Source of the DNA: the human T2T-CHM13v2.0 reference genome, Homo sapiens
Assembly (NCBI RefSeq): GCF_009914755.1
Contig: NC_060938.1
Reading direction: 5' to 3' (one strand)
Length of the DNA: 64,000 nucleotides
Shown here: positions 27,086 through 39,854 of the stretch, one piece after another
Numbering within the stretch: the first letter of the stretch is position 1
How the letters are laid out: each line of letters starts with the position of its first letter
Position numbers and translations under genes: made by a program
Notes under the pieces: generated by a model
Database searches by the model: none
Seen by the model: only the letters and a program-made list of their open reading frames with translations
Told to the model about the DNA's origin: nothing

Positions 27086-29053
27086 AATGACACCTTGGCT
27101 TTGCAGTTCCTTGACTCTCTCAACACCATACTACACTCCTACAACTCACTTGTATAGCTAACGCTCAAACTCCTCACACTGAAAGACTTCCCACTCCCAT
27201 GATCTCAGACTTTGCCTTGTTGCTGTCTTGCCCCTTTACTTTTACTGGTGAATGAGCTCTCCAGTCCTGTGATCCAGTGTCCATTACTGACTCTACCTCC
27301 CAGTGCCGGGACAGCAGGGTCTGAAGATGGACTCCACACTTAACATCAGCACCAGGAACCAAGTCATCACCACAGAGCCCGTGGAAGTGATTATAGCTAC
27401 AGGTTTGCTGCACCTTCCCTGTGGAAGACTGATGTGGGCAAGTGCTTTCATGGTCATGGTCCTTGAATCTTGTACCGGAAACACCCAGGTCAATCATGAA
27501 GGGAACTGAGTCAGAGTCAGGAGGTGAAACGTAAGGAAATGGGGCTGGCCAGAGGCAGGCACAGTGCACACGGCTGCCAGGGCCTCACTCGGCTTTCTCC
27601 TCGGTGCGAGGATACGGGCTTGCTGATATGGAGTTCAGCTAGAGAACAGAGGGGTCACATGTCTGTACATATTTTCTGCCTTCGTCTGGAAGAGTGAAAT
27701 AAGCACACTTTATAAAAGAGCTGTAGTACAGCACGACACCTTCTCAAACACCAGTGCTGGCAGCTACCTAGTCCTATTGGGGTCTTTGTGAAGCACACTG
27801 GGACACACTGCACCTGCTTTTCCTGTGTGTGACCACCTAGCTTCTACTAAGATTGTGTATCTTTTGCTAAATAAATTGGGACTGCAATATGGACTTACAG
27901 AATGTGACTTCATGGTCTGTTCCTGCCAAGCCATAGCCTACTTGAGCTAATATGCCTGGGGTATGCAGAACAGGATGCCAGAAAGATGGCCTGGGCTACA
28001 GAAAATCAACGTTAGAGACAGGAAAAAGTGAATTTTGTGGAGGCAGGGAGTGGGGGAAATGTTGATTATTACATTGCTTTGCCTGAAGTCTAGGCTACAG
28101 TATCACAGAGCTACTACTTGGCACATTCGCCAATATTTCTGTTCATGGTAACGTGAAATGATGCTTCCCTTTACAGTTATGGAGTGGAAAGTCTTAATTA
28201 TTTCTTAGTAGTCGCCAGTAGAAACACACCTTTCTCCCTTAATAAGAATTTTAGTTGGTTAAGTACATGATGCCAGTACATCTACCAGCCTCTTAATGGA
28301 AATTTCAAGTTGTTACAAGGTTAGTATCATTATCTTGTTCAACACCCCACTTAATGTGGAGTGTGCATTCCACAACCTGCCAAAAAGCATTTAGCTGAAT
28401 GAAGTTCTTTAATCTACATAATTACTATCTACTACATTTACTCTATTTTTATTTGATGTTTCTTTTAAAGGAGTCACTGGAAGTTTATCCAAGATGACTT
28501 ACTTACAATTATTTACCATTTTCCATATGAAGGTTATTAAAATGTAATTAAAGTGCATTTACAGTCAATTATGACAGACTCTCATTCAAATAATAGTGAC
28601 AAATTGTATTAGAAATCCTCATAGGATTAACACACTTAACTCATCTCTGAAACCAAATTTCAGAAGCAAGTAACATTTGCATTTGTATATTCTAGGGGGC
28701 AATTAAGAAACATTCATTCAATATCTACTATAAGGTGGGTATTGTTTCTAGTGAACACAGAACTGTGAACATACCAGTTTCATTTAAGTAATGGACTTTA
28801 TTTTGACTGTTAAATCATCTCAGTAACTGAAATATTGGGCAAAAGGGACTAAATTAACTTTCCTATAGTTCGATTTAGTAAAACGCCACACTATAGCATT
28901 AAGTGACACTCTTGCTCTAAAAAATTATTTTGACATATCTGAAACTACTTTCTCAATCTGGCTTTGAATCCAGTCAAATGGAGACAAACACAATTTGGAG
29001 AAAAGGTTCCAACACAAAAGGAGATGTGTATCCTGGAGATCAAGGCATATCTG

Positions 29054-29384
29054 CAGTCATGTTACTTAATGATGGGGACATGTTCTGTGAAATGCATCAA
29101 TAGGCAATTTCTTCATTGCACACACATTTTAGAATGTAATTACACAAACCATGATGGTAGAGCCTACTGCACATCTATGCTATAGGGAATAGCCTATGGC
29201 TCCTAGGCTACAAACCTATTCAGCATGTTACTGCTGGATATTGTAGGCAATTGTAACACAATGGTAAGTATCTGTGTATCTAAATATATAAACATGGAAA
29301 GAAACAGTAAAAATATAGTATTATAATCTCATGGGACCACCATTGTATAAGTGGTTAGTCTTTGACCAAAACATTGCATGACTG
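29054..29384 (+). mobile_element. Tigger3a (MER7A) DNA-transposon fossil
   Basis: cagtcatg...catgactg terminal inverted repeats; gctcctaggctacaaacct and ttgtaacacaatggtaagta internal consensus; TA at the right end. Confidence 0.92.
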
Positions 29385-30279
29385 TAGCTCACTTCTGGGA
29401 GGTGGTCAAAAGTTGGTGAGAAATGGATGGCAGCTTGAGGGGAAAGAGATGACTCAAGCCCTACATTCTCCCACAGCAGCAGCACACAGGTGGCCTTCCA
29501 CAGGGAAACCAGAGCTCACGGAACTAACTCCCGGAGAACATTCTTTGATAGGCTTCATTATCATATCTCAGAGTAAAACTGAACTATGGTTAAGAATAAA
29601 AGCGAGGTTTTTTTTTTTAAACAGTATTATTTTTATCAAATAATTATCAAAGGTGTCATTGGGAAAAACTCATATGAGTCAAGCCTTCAGTGTGAGTAGA
29701 GGGAAGAGACTTTTTCCAATTGAAAACAAAAAGAAGAGTTTATTTCAACCACAAATATATTTGTCCTTATCTTTTGAATGAATTGTTTCTGCAGCAAAAT
29801 AACTGTTATGTTATTCCTAGTCGGAATTATCTTTTATCTACCAAAGGTTTCAGTTTTCTCAACATCATTAAAACAAAAACAAAAACGTTTCCCCCAAATG
29901 GGTAACCTGAACAAATTCCTTACTAGTCTCACTAATGAGAGCAGAAGAATCAGTTTGTTTTGGACAGACTTCACTCATACAAACTTTCTTAAAATGTATC
30001 ATCCTTCAAATGGCTTGATAACATCGATTTCCTTAGACTAGGCTTTGAACAACCAAATGTTGCTATCTAAAAGTTTTCCCGTTTAATATTATAAAATGGA
30101 ATCATGTAACACACAAGCTTCTTAGTCTTTCTAAATTTCAGTAATTTGTGACTTCCAAAATTTGTAGATGAATAACTTTTCAATAGCTCTGATATCCGAC
30201 GAGTCAGAAGGAAGGGAGGAAGAAATAAGAATGCATGGGACATCACGGAAAAGAGCGGCAGCTGCTATATTTGTTTTTC

Positions 30280-30422
30280 AGGGTTTTAATGCTGGTTCTA
30301 CCACTTAGCTCTGTAACCAAGAACACTGCCTACCCACTCTGAGTCTAAGCTGAAGGACAGAATAAAAATATGTACAGCAATATGTCTGCCATAAATCAGG
30401 CACTAAATAAATGTTAATTATT
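30280..30422 (+). mobile_element. MIR fragment
   Basis: gggttttaatgctggttctaccacttagctctgt...ggcactaaataaatgttaattatt. Confidence 0.55.
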
Positions 30423-30834
30423 TTTCTTTTTGAAATTTTGAGTAAATGAAATTTCCTTTTCTCCTTTTATGACAAATCAACCCAGATAGCCTTGAGTTTC
30501 TTGGAGTATAACTGAAGTATCAACATGCCCTTAGTTTGTCGATTAAATGTAGTGTGTAAGGATTTCAAAAACATCAGTTGTCTGTCTCATTAAGACATTA
30601 TCCTCTTTTAAAAAAATCTACCAAGTATGTTCCAACTGAAAAATACACAGAGCTAAACACAAAAGTATATAATTCAGGTCTCAACACAGTAGAAATAAAT
30701 CTGGAGCTTCCAATTCTATAAGAATTGCTTACAACTTTTATTACATGTATCTCTTCTATCCGTTCTTTAGAGTTCTTCCTCAAATGTACACAGTCCTCCA
30801 GAATTCACAACTCTTACCTTGAGGCCAAGGCTCC

Positions 30835-31575
30835 ACTTAGTCTGCCAGGCTAGAAACCTCCGAATCCTCCTGCATTTTTTTCCCCTTTCTTTTCATTGCT
30901 CGATTATCACCCATTGATCTTCCTTTCAAACATCTTTCAGATTTGACATTTCCTCTCCACTTTCACTGATTTCCTAACACAGGATCTGCATTAATTCACA
31001 GCTGTGCTCATTGGTTGACTCCAGCCTCTTGACTTACTCCTGTGTGCTATCAATAGTCTTCCTGGTGTGCCACTTCCGCCTATGCATACCTTGCCCAAGA
31101 ACGTACGGTGGTTCCCTATTGCCTAGTCCATCAAGGCCAAACACGTGCCGTGGGCTCAACAACCTCCAAAATCTGTCCCCATTGCAACTATCATGTTAGC
31201 TCTCCTCCAACCCATACTCCCTGTGCAGGCAAGTGAGGCCAAGGCACTCACCTGCAGACTACCCTGCTCATTTCTTCCTCTGTGCTTTATTTGTGCTGTT
31301 TCTGCCTCTTGGAAAATTCTTTTTACCAAAACTAAATCTAAATCTTATGCAAAGCCAGAAACCTTACCTGAAGATTTTGGTCCCCTTGCTTCTCTAAGTT
31401 CCATCTAGATTAGTGCTAAATTCTCTTCCCATGTTTCCACGTGGTTTGCCTCCTTAAATTAACTGTAAGCTCACAGTGGATGAGGCAGTGTGGGAGATGT
31501 GTCCTATTTGTTTATGTATTCCCCCAGCCCAGCATCTGTACACAATAGACATCTGATTCAATGATAAACTAACAG
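30835..31575 (+). mobile_element. L2 3' region
   Basis: caggctagaaacctc...ggttccctattgcct...actgtaagctc...cccagcatctgtacacaatagac. Confidence 0.7.
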
Positions 31576-31579
31576 ACGC

Positions 31580-32024
31580 TAGCACATAGATTCTTAATTG
31601 CTTTCCAATTTTCTTTCTCCTCTTCTGCCTAACCAATTCCCTGATTTTACCTGGGGCAATGATATGCCCCAGGGAAAAATGCTACATTTCTCAACCTTCT
31701 TTGTAACTTGATGAGGTCCTGGCAGAAATAATTAGGTGAGCCTTCCAAGAGATGACTTTAGAGGGGCTGATTCAGCTGAGAGACATGTTCTTTTTGCCCT
31801 GCCTGCCTTCCTTGTACTTCCTGCCTGGAAGCTGGATGTATAGGTGGAGTTCTGGCAGCTATTTTGCACCATGAAGTGACTTTGCAAAGTCACAAAGGCT
31901 ACAGAAGCCATAAGACGGAAGGAGCTTGGGTCTCAAATGATACTACAGAACTAAACTCCTGGTTTATTTGTGAAGGAGGTGAGTTGCCTATTATTTGCAG
32001 TTAAACAACAATTTCTAACTTATA
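31580..32024 (+). mobile_element. MLT1 (MLT1K/J-like) LTR
   Basis: ctacatttctcaacctt; cttcctgcctggaagctggatgt...gcagctattttgcaccatga; tttgcagttaaac...ctaact terminus. Confidence 0.7.
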
Positions 32025-32243
32025 TTGGTGCCAATAAAGAAGGAGACTTGAATGTAAGGTGCCATAAAGACAGGAGAAGATCACCACCTTTGATATAAGC
32101 AGGAAAAAGAGAGAGTAGGGAAGGTCTGAAAACTGGGTAGAAAGACATGATGGCATTTCAAAGGGAACACCCACATGGCACTCTCATCCTGGTGCCACAG
32201 AAGTGGAAACTCAGACTGGGGAGGCAGGAGGATGTGTCTATGG

Positions 32244-32598
32244 CAGCGGTCCCAAAACTTTGTGGCACCAGAGACTGATTTCGTGGAAGACAATTTTTCA
32301 TATGGATGGGGTGGAGGGTGGGAAGGGGCAGGAGGGTTTCAGGATAAAACTGTTCCATCTCAGATCATCAAGCATTAGTTAGAGTCTCATAAGCAGCGTG
32401 CAACCTAGATCCCTCACAAGCACAGTTCACAATAGGGTTCATGCTCCTATGAGAATATAATGCCACTGCTGATCTGACAGGAGATACAGCTCAGGTGGTA
32501 ATGCTCATTCACCTGCTGCTCATCTCCTGCTGTACAGCCTAGTTCCTAACAGGCCACAGACCAGTACTGCTCCCTGGCCCAGGGTTTGGGGACCCCTG
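32244..32598 (-). mobile_element. MER1B (hAT-Charlie)
   Basis: cagcggtccc...ggggacccctg termini; tcgtggaagacaatttttc and caacctagatccctc diagnostic segments. Confidence 0.93.
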
Positions 32599-32899
32599 AG
32601 TGAGGGGACAGATGCATGAGATTCAGTCTTCTCCATCGTGCCAGAGAGGGAAGAAACTGGATTGCCAGAAGATATATTTGGCAATGGGTTGGAGCCTGGC
32701 TAATATAATACAGAAATCCTTGGTTAAAAAAGTCCATTGTCAAGCAAGGACATGCATGACAGCTGACAATTCAGGGGGAGGATCCTAATCAGGTAGGTAG
32801 CTAGTCAGTGTATTCACTTCACCTACCTTATTTCTATTTTGTTATTAAAACAGTCCTACAAGGTAAATATTATAAATCTCATTTATAAAACTCATCTAG

Positions 32900-33512
32900 A
32901 GTCATCAATTTTTAACATTTGCCATGCATTTTTCTCTTCCTCTTTCTCACTCTGTATATCTATCAATACATACAGATACATAACATGACAATATTTTGCT
33001 GAATCACTTGAAACTAGTTGAAGACATCATGACACCTCATCCTAAATACTTCACCATGTCTCCTAAGAGTAAAGACATTAACCAACATTACCAAATGTTG
33101 TCACTTCATTCACGAAATTGATGAAATGCTATCATTTCATTCACAAAATTAGCATTGGTACACAGTAATTTACCTAATGTTCAGTACACATCCAAATTTC
33201 CCCAATTGTCCCAATAAACGTGCTTTGTAGTTTGTTTTTTGCATCCAGTGCAACATGTTGCATTCAACTGTCATATCTCTCTAGTATCTCTTCATGTCAG
33301 AGAGATCCCTAACCTGTTGTCTTTCAAGACATTGACCTGTTTGAAGAATGCAGATCAGTTATGTATAAAATCCCCCACATTTGAATGTGACCCCCCAAAA
33401 TGCTTCCTTACCATTTTGTGTGTTGAAAGATAAAAAATTGTGTTAGGTGATGTGTGCACTTTTCAGTGTGTCACATTAGGAGGCACGAAGCCAGCCTGTC
33501 TCAGTTTAGGTG
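32900..33512 (-). mobile_element. L1MC4/5-like 3' UTR fragment
   Basis: gttgaagacatcatgacac...cctaaatacttca; caaatttccccaattgtcccaat; gacattgacctgtttgaagaat. Confidence 0.75.
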
Positions 33513-35782
33513 GGCATATAGGCAGACTTTAACACGCTACAGTACTAAAGTCAGCTGTTTCAAAGGCATCTAATTTATGAGCATGCTAATCCAGCATTAA
33601 TCAGGTTAGTAACAATTTACTCAGCATTCATTTTCTTGTCACACTGTAAGAACACATCCTACCTAATTTACAGCTCCCCTTCAATTACAGAAATAAGAGT
33701 GAAATTGTCTGACAATTTGCTCCCACTCCTGGTAACGTGCTGGCACAGACTCACTGCTGTTCCCTTCCCCTGCCCTTGCTGGAAGCTGGGCACAAGTGAG
33801 TACCAGCAGTGCTAGCAGCACACAAGGGGAGAATCCAGCAAACCAGGTCACATAAAACTGGATTATCCAGAGAAGGTGAGGTATGAGGAAGGAAAAAAAG
33901 ACAAATCTGAAACATGATTCCCTGGGCACTCAATCATTTCCATTTTATTTTACCTAATGAGGCAGGAGTTAAAATGTTGACCTGATCAGACTCAGATGGA
34001 AGCCTTAGAGGAGTGGGACCCCCCACTGCCCTCCTGTCCCAACACCCTTTGTTACCTCCAAGTGAGCTGAGACCAGGCTGTGAACCATGTAAATAGAAGG
34101 CTTCCAGGTTAATGAAAAGCTTCAGCACCATTCGAAAATCTGGACAGAGGGTCATGCCGGATCCTAATCCAAAGAAACTTCATGCAGCTCAGTAATAAAG
34201 TTTAATGAATGCTGGTCATTTTTAATCATGAGCCTGAGAGACTGGCCAAGGGCTAATAGTTTCCTTACAGAATCTCTCCTTTAGCTGGGACACAGCAAGA
34301 ACTCTCAAGCTGCGTGGGAAGCCAGAGGCGTACATGAAATGTAATATTCCATATGCCAAAATCCAAGGGGAAGTTTTTGAAAAGGGCAGTAAACATTTCT
34401 TGCAAACTGATGTTTTTATTAGGTGATGGCATGCTTTGTGCTGCATTTCATTAATTATCTGCAAAAGTAACTTTCTTTCAACGCCATGTCAGAGTTGACC
34501 TACTGCCATCATGTAACACGGTATAAAGCCAGGCTGCAAAGTAGCTTCTCCATTTTTCTGGGGGCACATATATGTAAGGCAGGCTAACAATTTAACTAAA
34601 ACTCACCCTGGAAAAATTCACCTCTCCTGAAGAATTAGGCATGGATTTTTAAATATTAATTTTAAAATATGACTATTCTAATTGCATAGGATAACAATAT
34701 AGAAATTGATGGATTTCTGAAAAAAAGTATGTTCAGAGCATGTGAAAAAACTGGATTGAAAGATACAAAGATCAAATGCTATTTTCATGCACAATGCACA
34801 CTTTATATCCTTGAGATTCATTGTAAAATACAGTAGAAATGATATGCCAGTAACCTCATACACAGACTTAGATGCCATAAGTCAAGTCATACTCTAAAAA
34901 AGTTCTTACTTACACACAGCAGATGTGTAAAATGTGCCAAGTATTGCATGAGGCACTGGGATTTTCAGGAATGCAAAGAACATTTCCACATTTTAAAAAG
35001 TCTTAATTCGAACTATTTCAAATACCATTTCTGTAGATGAATATGATCCAATTGATGGACAAACTATCATTTTTGCCTCAAATTCTTCTTTCAACAAATA
35101 GGACTTGCTATCAGCTTCCATCTGTTCTTTTAAAACAATTAGCTGGGATTTTAGACATACTCTTGACAGGCAAGTCTGGGAATTCAATGTAAATATGGAT
35201 TTGAAGATTTATGGGGTGGGATCTTGTGATCGCACACTGGCGCTTCTCCAGTTTTCCAGAGATCATAATTCCTGCCTCTGTTTATTATTCAGTTTACGGT
35301 TGGAGTGTAACAGATGATTCATTTTTAATGCGATAAATGTTTGGGGGTTTGTTTGAGGGAAATAAAAGTTTATAGTTCAGCACTGGACATGGATAGTAAA
35401 CCAGAGTGTAAGGTAATATATTTCTAAAACATGGTGATTAGGATATTTATTTGCTCCTTTATACCCAGAGCTCCAGTGAAGAGTGACTGATAGTGTTTAC
35501 ATTTAAACCCCCAAACCACATTACTTCGCCTTGCAACTTAGTGAACTTTCTAGAAGGAATTATAATTTTCTTAAAAAATTAAAACTTCTACTTTCTAGTT
35601 GAGAAAGAATCTATAATTCCTTATATGAGATAGCCTTGACTAACTCTATACGAAGCATGAGAGAATGAGATATGACCAGAACAACGTATTGATATCCCTG
35701 ATCCATAAGAATCTACAGTCTATGAAAAAAATAAATGCTTAGAAACCCATCATCATTTCCATTATTCAGATTATTTCTATAG

Positions 35783-36266
<484 letters not shown>

Positions 36267-36270
36267 GTAC

Positions 36271-36601
36271 ACGGGTCTTAGTCTCTTTCCACAATTCCCA
36301 AATCCAAACACTCAAAAAACTTCCAAAACTATGATTTTCTCCTAAGTTTGTGGAAGACTCATTTGGTGGCAAAAGCTTACCTGAAAAGAAGCGTGGCCTA
36401 CTTGTAGTCTTTATTCTACTCAATGTGAATGTTTATACGTCTAGCCGCAGAATTATTGATTATGGGATGCTGCCCCAGATGCTGTTGGGGTCTTTTGTAA
36501 CATACATGATGAGTGCACCATATTACTTTTTAAAAATACAAAATATCTGAATTCTGAAACATATCTGTCCCCAAGAGTTTTGGTTAAGAAATTTAGGTCT
36601 A
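36271..36601. mobile_element. MER46C-like TcMar-Tigger fossil
   Basis: actcatttggtggcaaaa; tgctgccccaga; tctgaattctgaaacatatctgtccccaag match the recalled MER46C consensus. Confidence 0.75.
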
Positions 36602-36811
36602 TATACCATAACATCAGACAGTGAATGAATGCATGGTTGAATGGGTGAGTAAACAGATGTTTAGAATTATTTTTTTCAGGTGAATTAGATAATTCCATTA
36701 AAATACCCAGCCATCAGAGATGTAAACATTTTTCAATGTCTACAGCCTAAAACTAGGTTATTTGGCAGTTACTGGCCCTAACAGTCATTGGTTCATTTTT
36801 TAGAAGCAACT

Positions 36812-37510
36812 GTCTACTGAGGAGGCTAAAATGAATATGTCATAGTTCCTGCCTTTGCAAGCTACAGTCTAGTAGGGGAAATAGACATGAAAACAGAAGA
36901 ATGTCACACACTGTGATAAACGCCACAATCACCTTATTCTGCCTGGGAGAGCCAGGCAGAGGAGGTGATATCTGAGGAGCGTTGAAAGATGAGGAGGTGT
37001 TTGCCAGGCAGAGAAGGTGAGAGAGGACCCTCTGGGAGGTGGATTTCTATGTTCAAAGGTTCCTAGAATTTGAGAAGGGCGTGCCATGTTTGGGGAAAAG
37101 GTGAGAAGGTCACTGTGGCTGCAGCAGAGGGTGCCTGGGGGTAAACAGCTATGAGGTGGGAAAGACTGGAGTTGTAAGAAGGGCTGCCTGCAGCCTTGCA
37201 AAGGAAGTTGGACATTTGTACAGGATGTTTCTAGGCATGGGAGTAAGTGAACACTCAGCCTTTTACTTTGTTTCATTGATAATTTCAGGAAAGTAACTCT
37301 GGAAGCGGTATGAAGGCTGGGCTTGAATATAGACCAACAGTGGAAGGGGGGCCCTAAGGAAGAGGTGATACACACTGAACAGAGGCAAGGGCAGTGGGGA
37401 TGAGAAGGCAGATTTGGGAAACCCCGAATGGCGTGGTGACCAACAGATGTGTGCAGTGAGGGGGAGGGAAAAGTCAGGGTGGAGAGAACCAGGTGGAGAA
37501 AAACACCACG
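36812..37510 (-). mobile_element. L2 fragment
   Basis: catagttcctgcctttgcaagctacagtctagtagggg...gaggaggtgatatctgag...ttcaggaaagtaactctgg. Confidence 0.8.
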
Positions 37511-39274
37511 AATTGGGATAATCATAAGGTGCTGCTAAGTATTACCCATCAGCCTCTAGATGTTCTCTTTTTAGGTTATCACCCTAACTCAAAAGTCAAT
37601 GATACTCTGTCTTACACAACTGTGGAACCTATTCATAAGGCACAACAAGATTTTTAAAAACATTTGTACTTAGGGACTTTCCAATGGGACAGGCAAAAGA
37701 ATTATACGTTATGTATATTCTCCATACTGTCAAGGCTCAGATTTGTTTCCAGTGTCATAAATCATCATAATTAACAACCTTTCAACCAAATGGATCCCAA
37801 AGCACTTTCCAAATTATGCAACTTTGGAGGTGAATTGCCTCAGCTGTCCAACAGCTGTCAGCAGCACTCTGCAACAGGGACTGAGCAAGAGGGAGGACGC
37901 AGATTCTCCACGGAACTCTTCGCAGCATTTAGGTTTGTGGAATGCAATTCCCCAAAATGGAGTTTGGCCCAGAGCAGGGTCTCATCTACTCTCGGTAGAA
38001 ATGCAGTAAAGCCATTCTTATCCCTAAATGATCAGCAGATTTCTCTGCCTTATAAAATATATCTGTGAATGGAAATTAATACTAGTCTTGTGCCTAGGAA
38101 GATCCATTACATATTTCAAATTACATTTCTTTGGCAATGACTTATTTAATAATTGATAAGGGGATGGTGGTTTCAAGCAGAACCTCATTTCCTGTTCACA
38201 TATTAAGAGATTAATAAACTGTGGAATTAAGTTAAATCAGGCTGTCTGGAATCTCATGTGCTAAAATCCACTCTGTTTTGGTCTAAGTTTGGGTTTTTTG
38301 AGGAGTTGTTTTTGCAACCTGATAAAATTCTGACTTTCCATCTCTCGCCCTATTAGTGCAGGCCCAGATGATTCATGGTAAACTTTCCAGGATATTCTCT
38401 TAATTCTGTGTTGTCCAACTAAGGAGTACAGGGGATCTGCAAAGTTGTAAAATCAAGGTGGTAAAGATTCTTGGAGCTTCTAATATATTCAAAAGTTTGA
38501 GGTAAGTACAAAAATTGATATCTTATGGCATGTGATTTAACATTAAAACACACTTTAAAAATAAAATGTGGGAGTTTGAGTTTGCTATGGGCTGCTTGGG
38601 GTACATCCCTAGATAACTCTCCTCTGATTTCTTCCTGTCCTATATGCCTATCTGTATTTGTTCCCCTTTCGCTTGATACGAAGAGGACTTTGGGGGATGA
38701 TTTTATGAAACACTTCCATATTGAGTACTTTTTGGACAGCAGAGGAATGAATTACACGTTTGTGAAATGACACCCTGATTCAACAAATCCGATGTTAAGG
38801 AAAAAATCCTGATGAAAAGGGCTTATATATTTATGTTTCATAATGAACAAAAACTATCACTACTAGTCTGAGAAAAATTCAAAACAATCTAACTCCAGTT
38901 GACATAAATTATTTTACCGAAACCCTCCTCAAGGGAAAAGAAAGAACTTATTTCCTTTCATAGTTCGATTCAATGAAATACAAATTTCTGAATTGTCTAT
39001 CAGACACAAAATGCTTAGCTAATAACTCTTTAGTAAGACAAGGTGAAATTAGATAGAAATGCCATTTCTAAAGCTTGAAGCTGTGCCAATATTTGAGACA
39101 GTCTATCTAGATCTCTGGTGGCCCTTGAAAATCAGTTACCCACTGCTTATTTCCTGCTAAAACTCATGCTAGAACTGTAATGAATTCATTAGAACCTCTC
39201 ATCTTGCTCACTTAAGTTTTCAGAATCTAGGACTTTGACTTCTAAAAATGAATTTCTTTACTTACTTTTAGTTA

Positions 39275-39590
39275 CTCATTAACTCACTGTTAATTAATTA
39301 ATTAATTAATATGCCTATTCAAATCTTTATCGTTCTCCAGCTATGTGTCAGTCCCTGGGGATCAAGTGAAGGAGGTACAGCTTCTTCAGTCACAGACTGT
39401 CTTGTCATGTGGATACAGGTAAGTGAACAGGTAATTGGCAATACTTTGTGTGTGAAGTGCTGTGATAAGAGAAAATTTAGGGATGGGGTGCATATAGTAG
39501 CATCCCTTCCAGAGGAAGAGATGTATAAAGGGAGACCTAAAGGATGAAGAGTTGGCCATGGGAAAGGGGAAGGAGTGAGGTAGAGCAAAC
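39275..39590 (-). mobile_element. L2 3' fragment with (TAAT)n tail
   Basis: ctatgtgtcagtccctgggga...agtgctgtgataagag...ttccagaggaagagatg. Confidence 0.7.
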
Positions 39591-39640
39591 AAGCTTTTCA
39601 TACATGCTTCCAATCATATCAATTCATATTTGCAAAGAAG

Positions 39641-39854
39641 TAATCATTGCAACCAATAATTGACTCTTTGCCAGAAGTTGCAGGGCACTTTACATATATA
39701 ATAGTATGTGATAAAACTATTCTATGAGGTAGATATGACTTCCATTTTACAGGTTAGAAAACTGGAGATCAGTCAAGTCACACTGAATCAGGATTCAAAC
39801 CCAGGCTCGTTTTGCTCCAAAGCTAAAATTTTTTTTTATACACACTAGCTTGCC
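39641..39854 (-). mobile_element. MIR
   Basis: ctatgaggtaga...ccattttacaggttagaaaactgg...ggattcaaacccaggct. Confidence 0.8.

Noticed and set aside
26336-27569. Cluster of overlapping ORFs on both strands
   Set aside because: GC-richer, mostly L2-derived sequence with few stop codons; no homology recognised.
29362-29643. 93-aa ORF
   Set aside because: Starts at a non-ATG codon inside Tigger3a and runs into a T-tract; not recognisable.
36929-37525. Longest ORF in the window (198 aa)
   Set aside because: Lies within a decayed L2; composition reflects pyrimidine bias and shows no domain.
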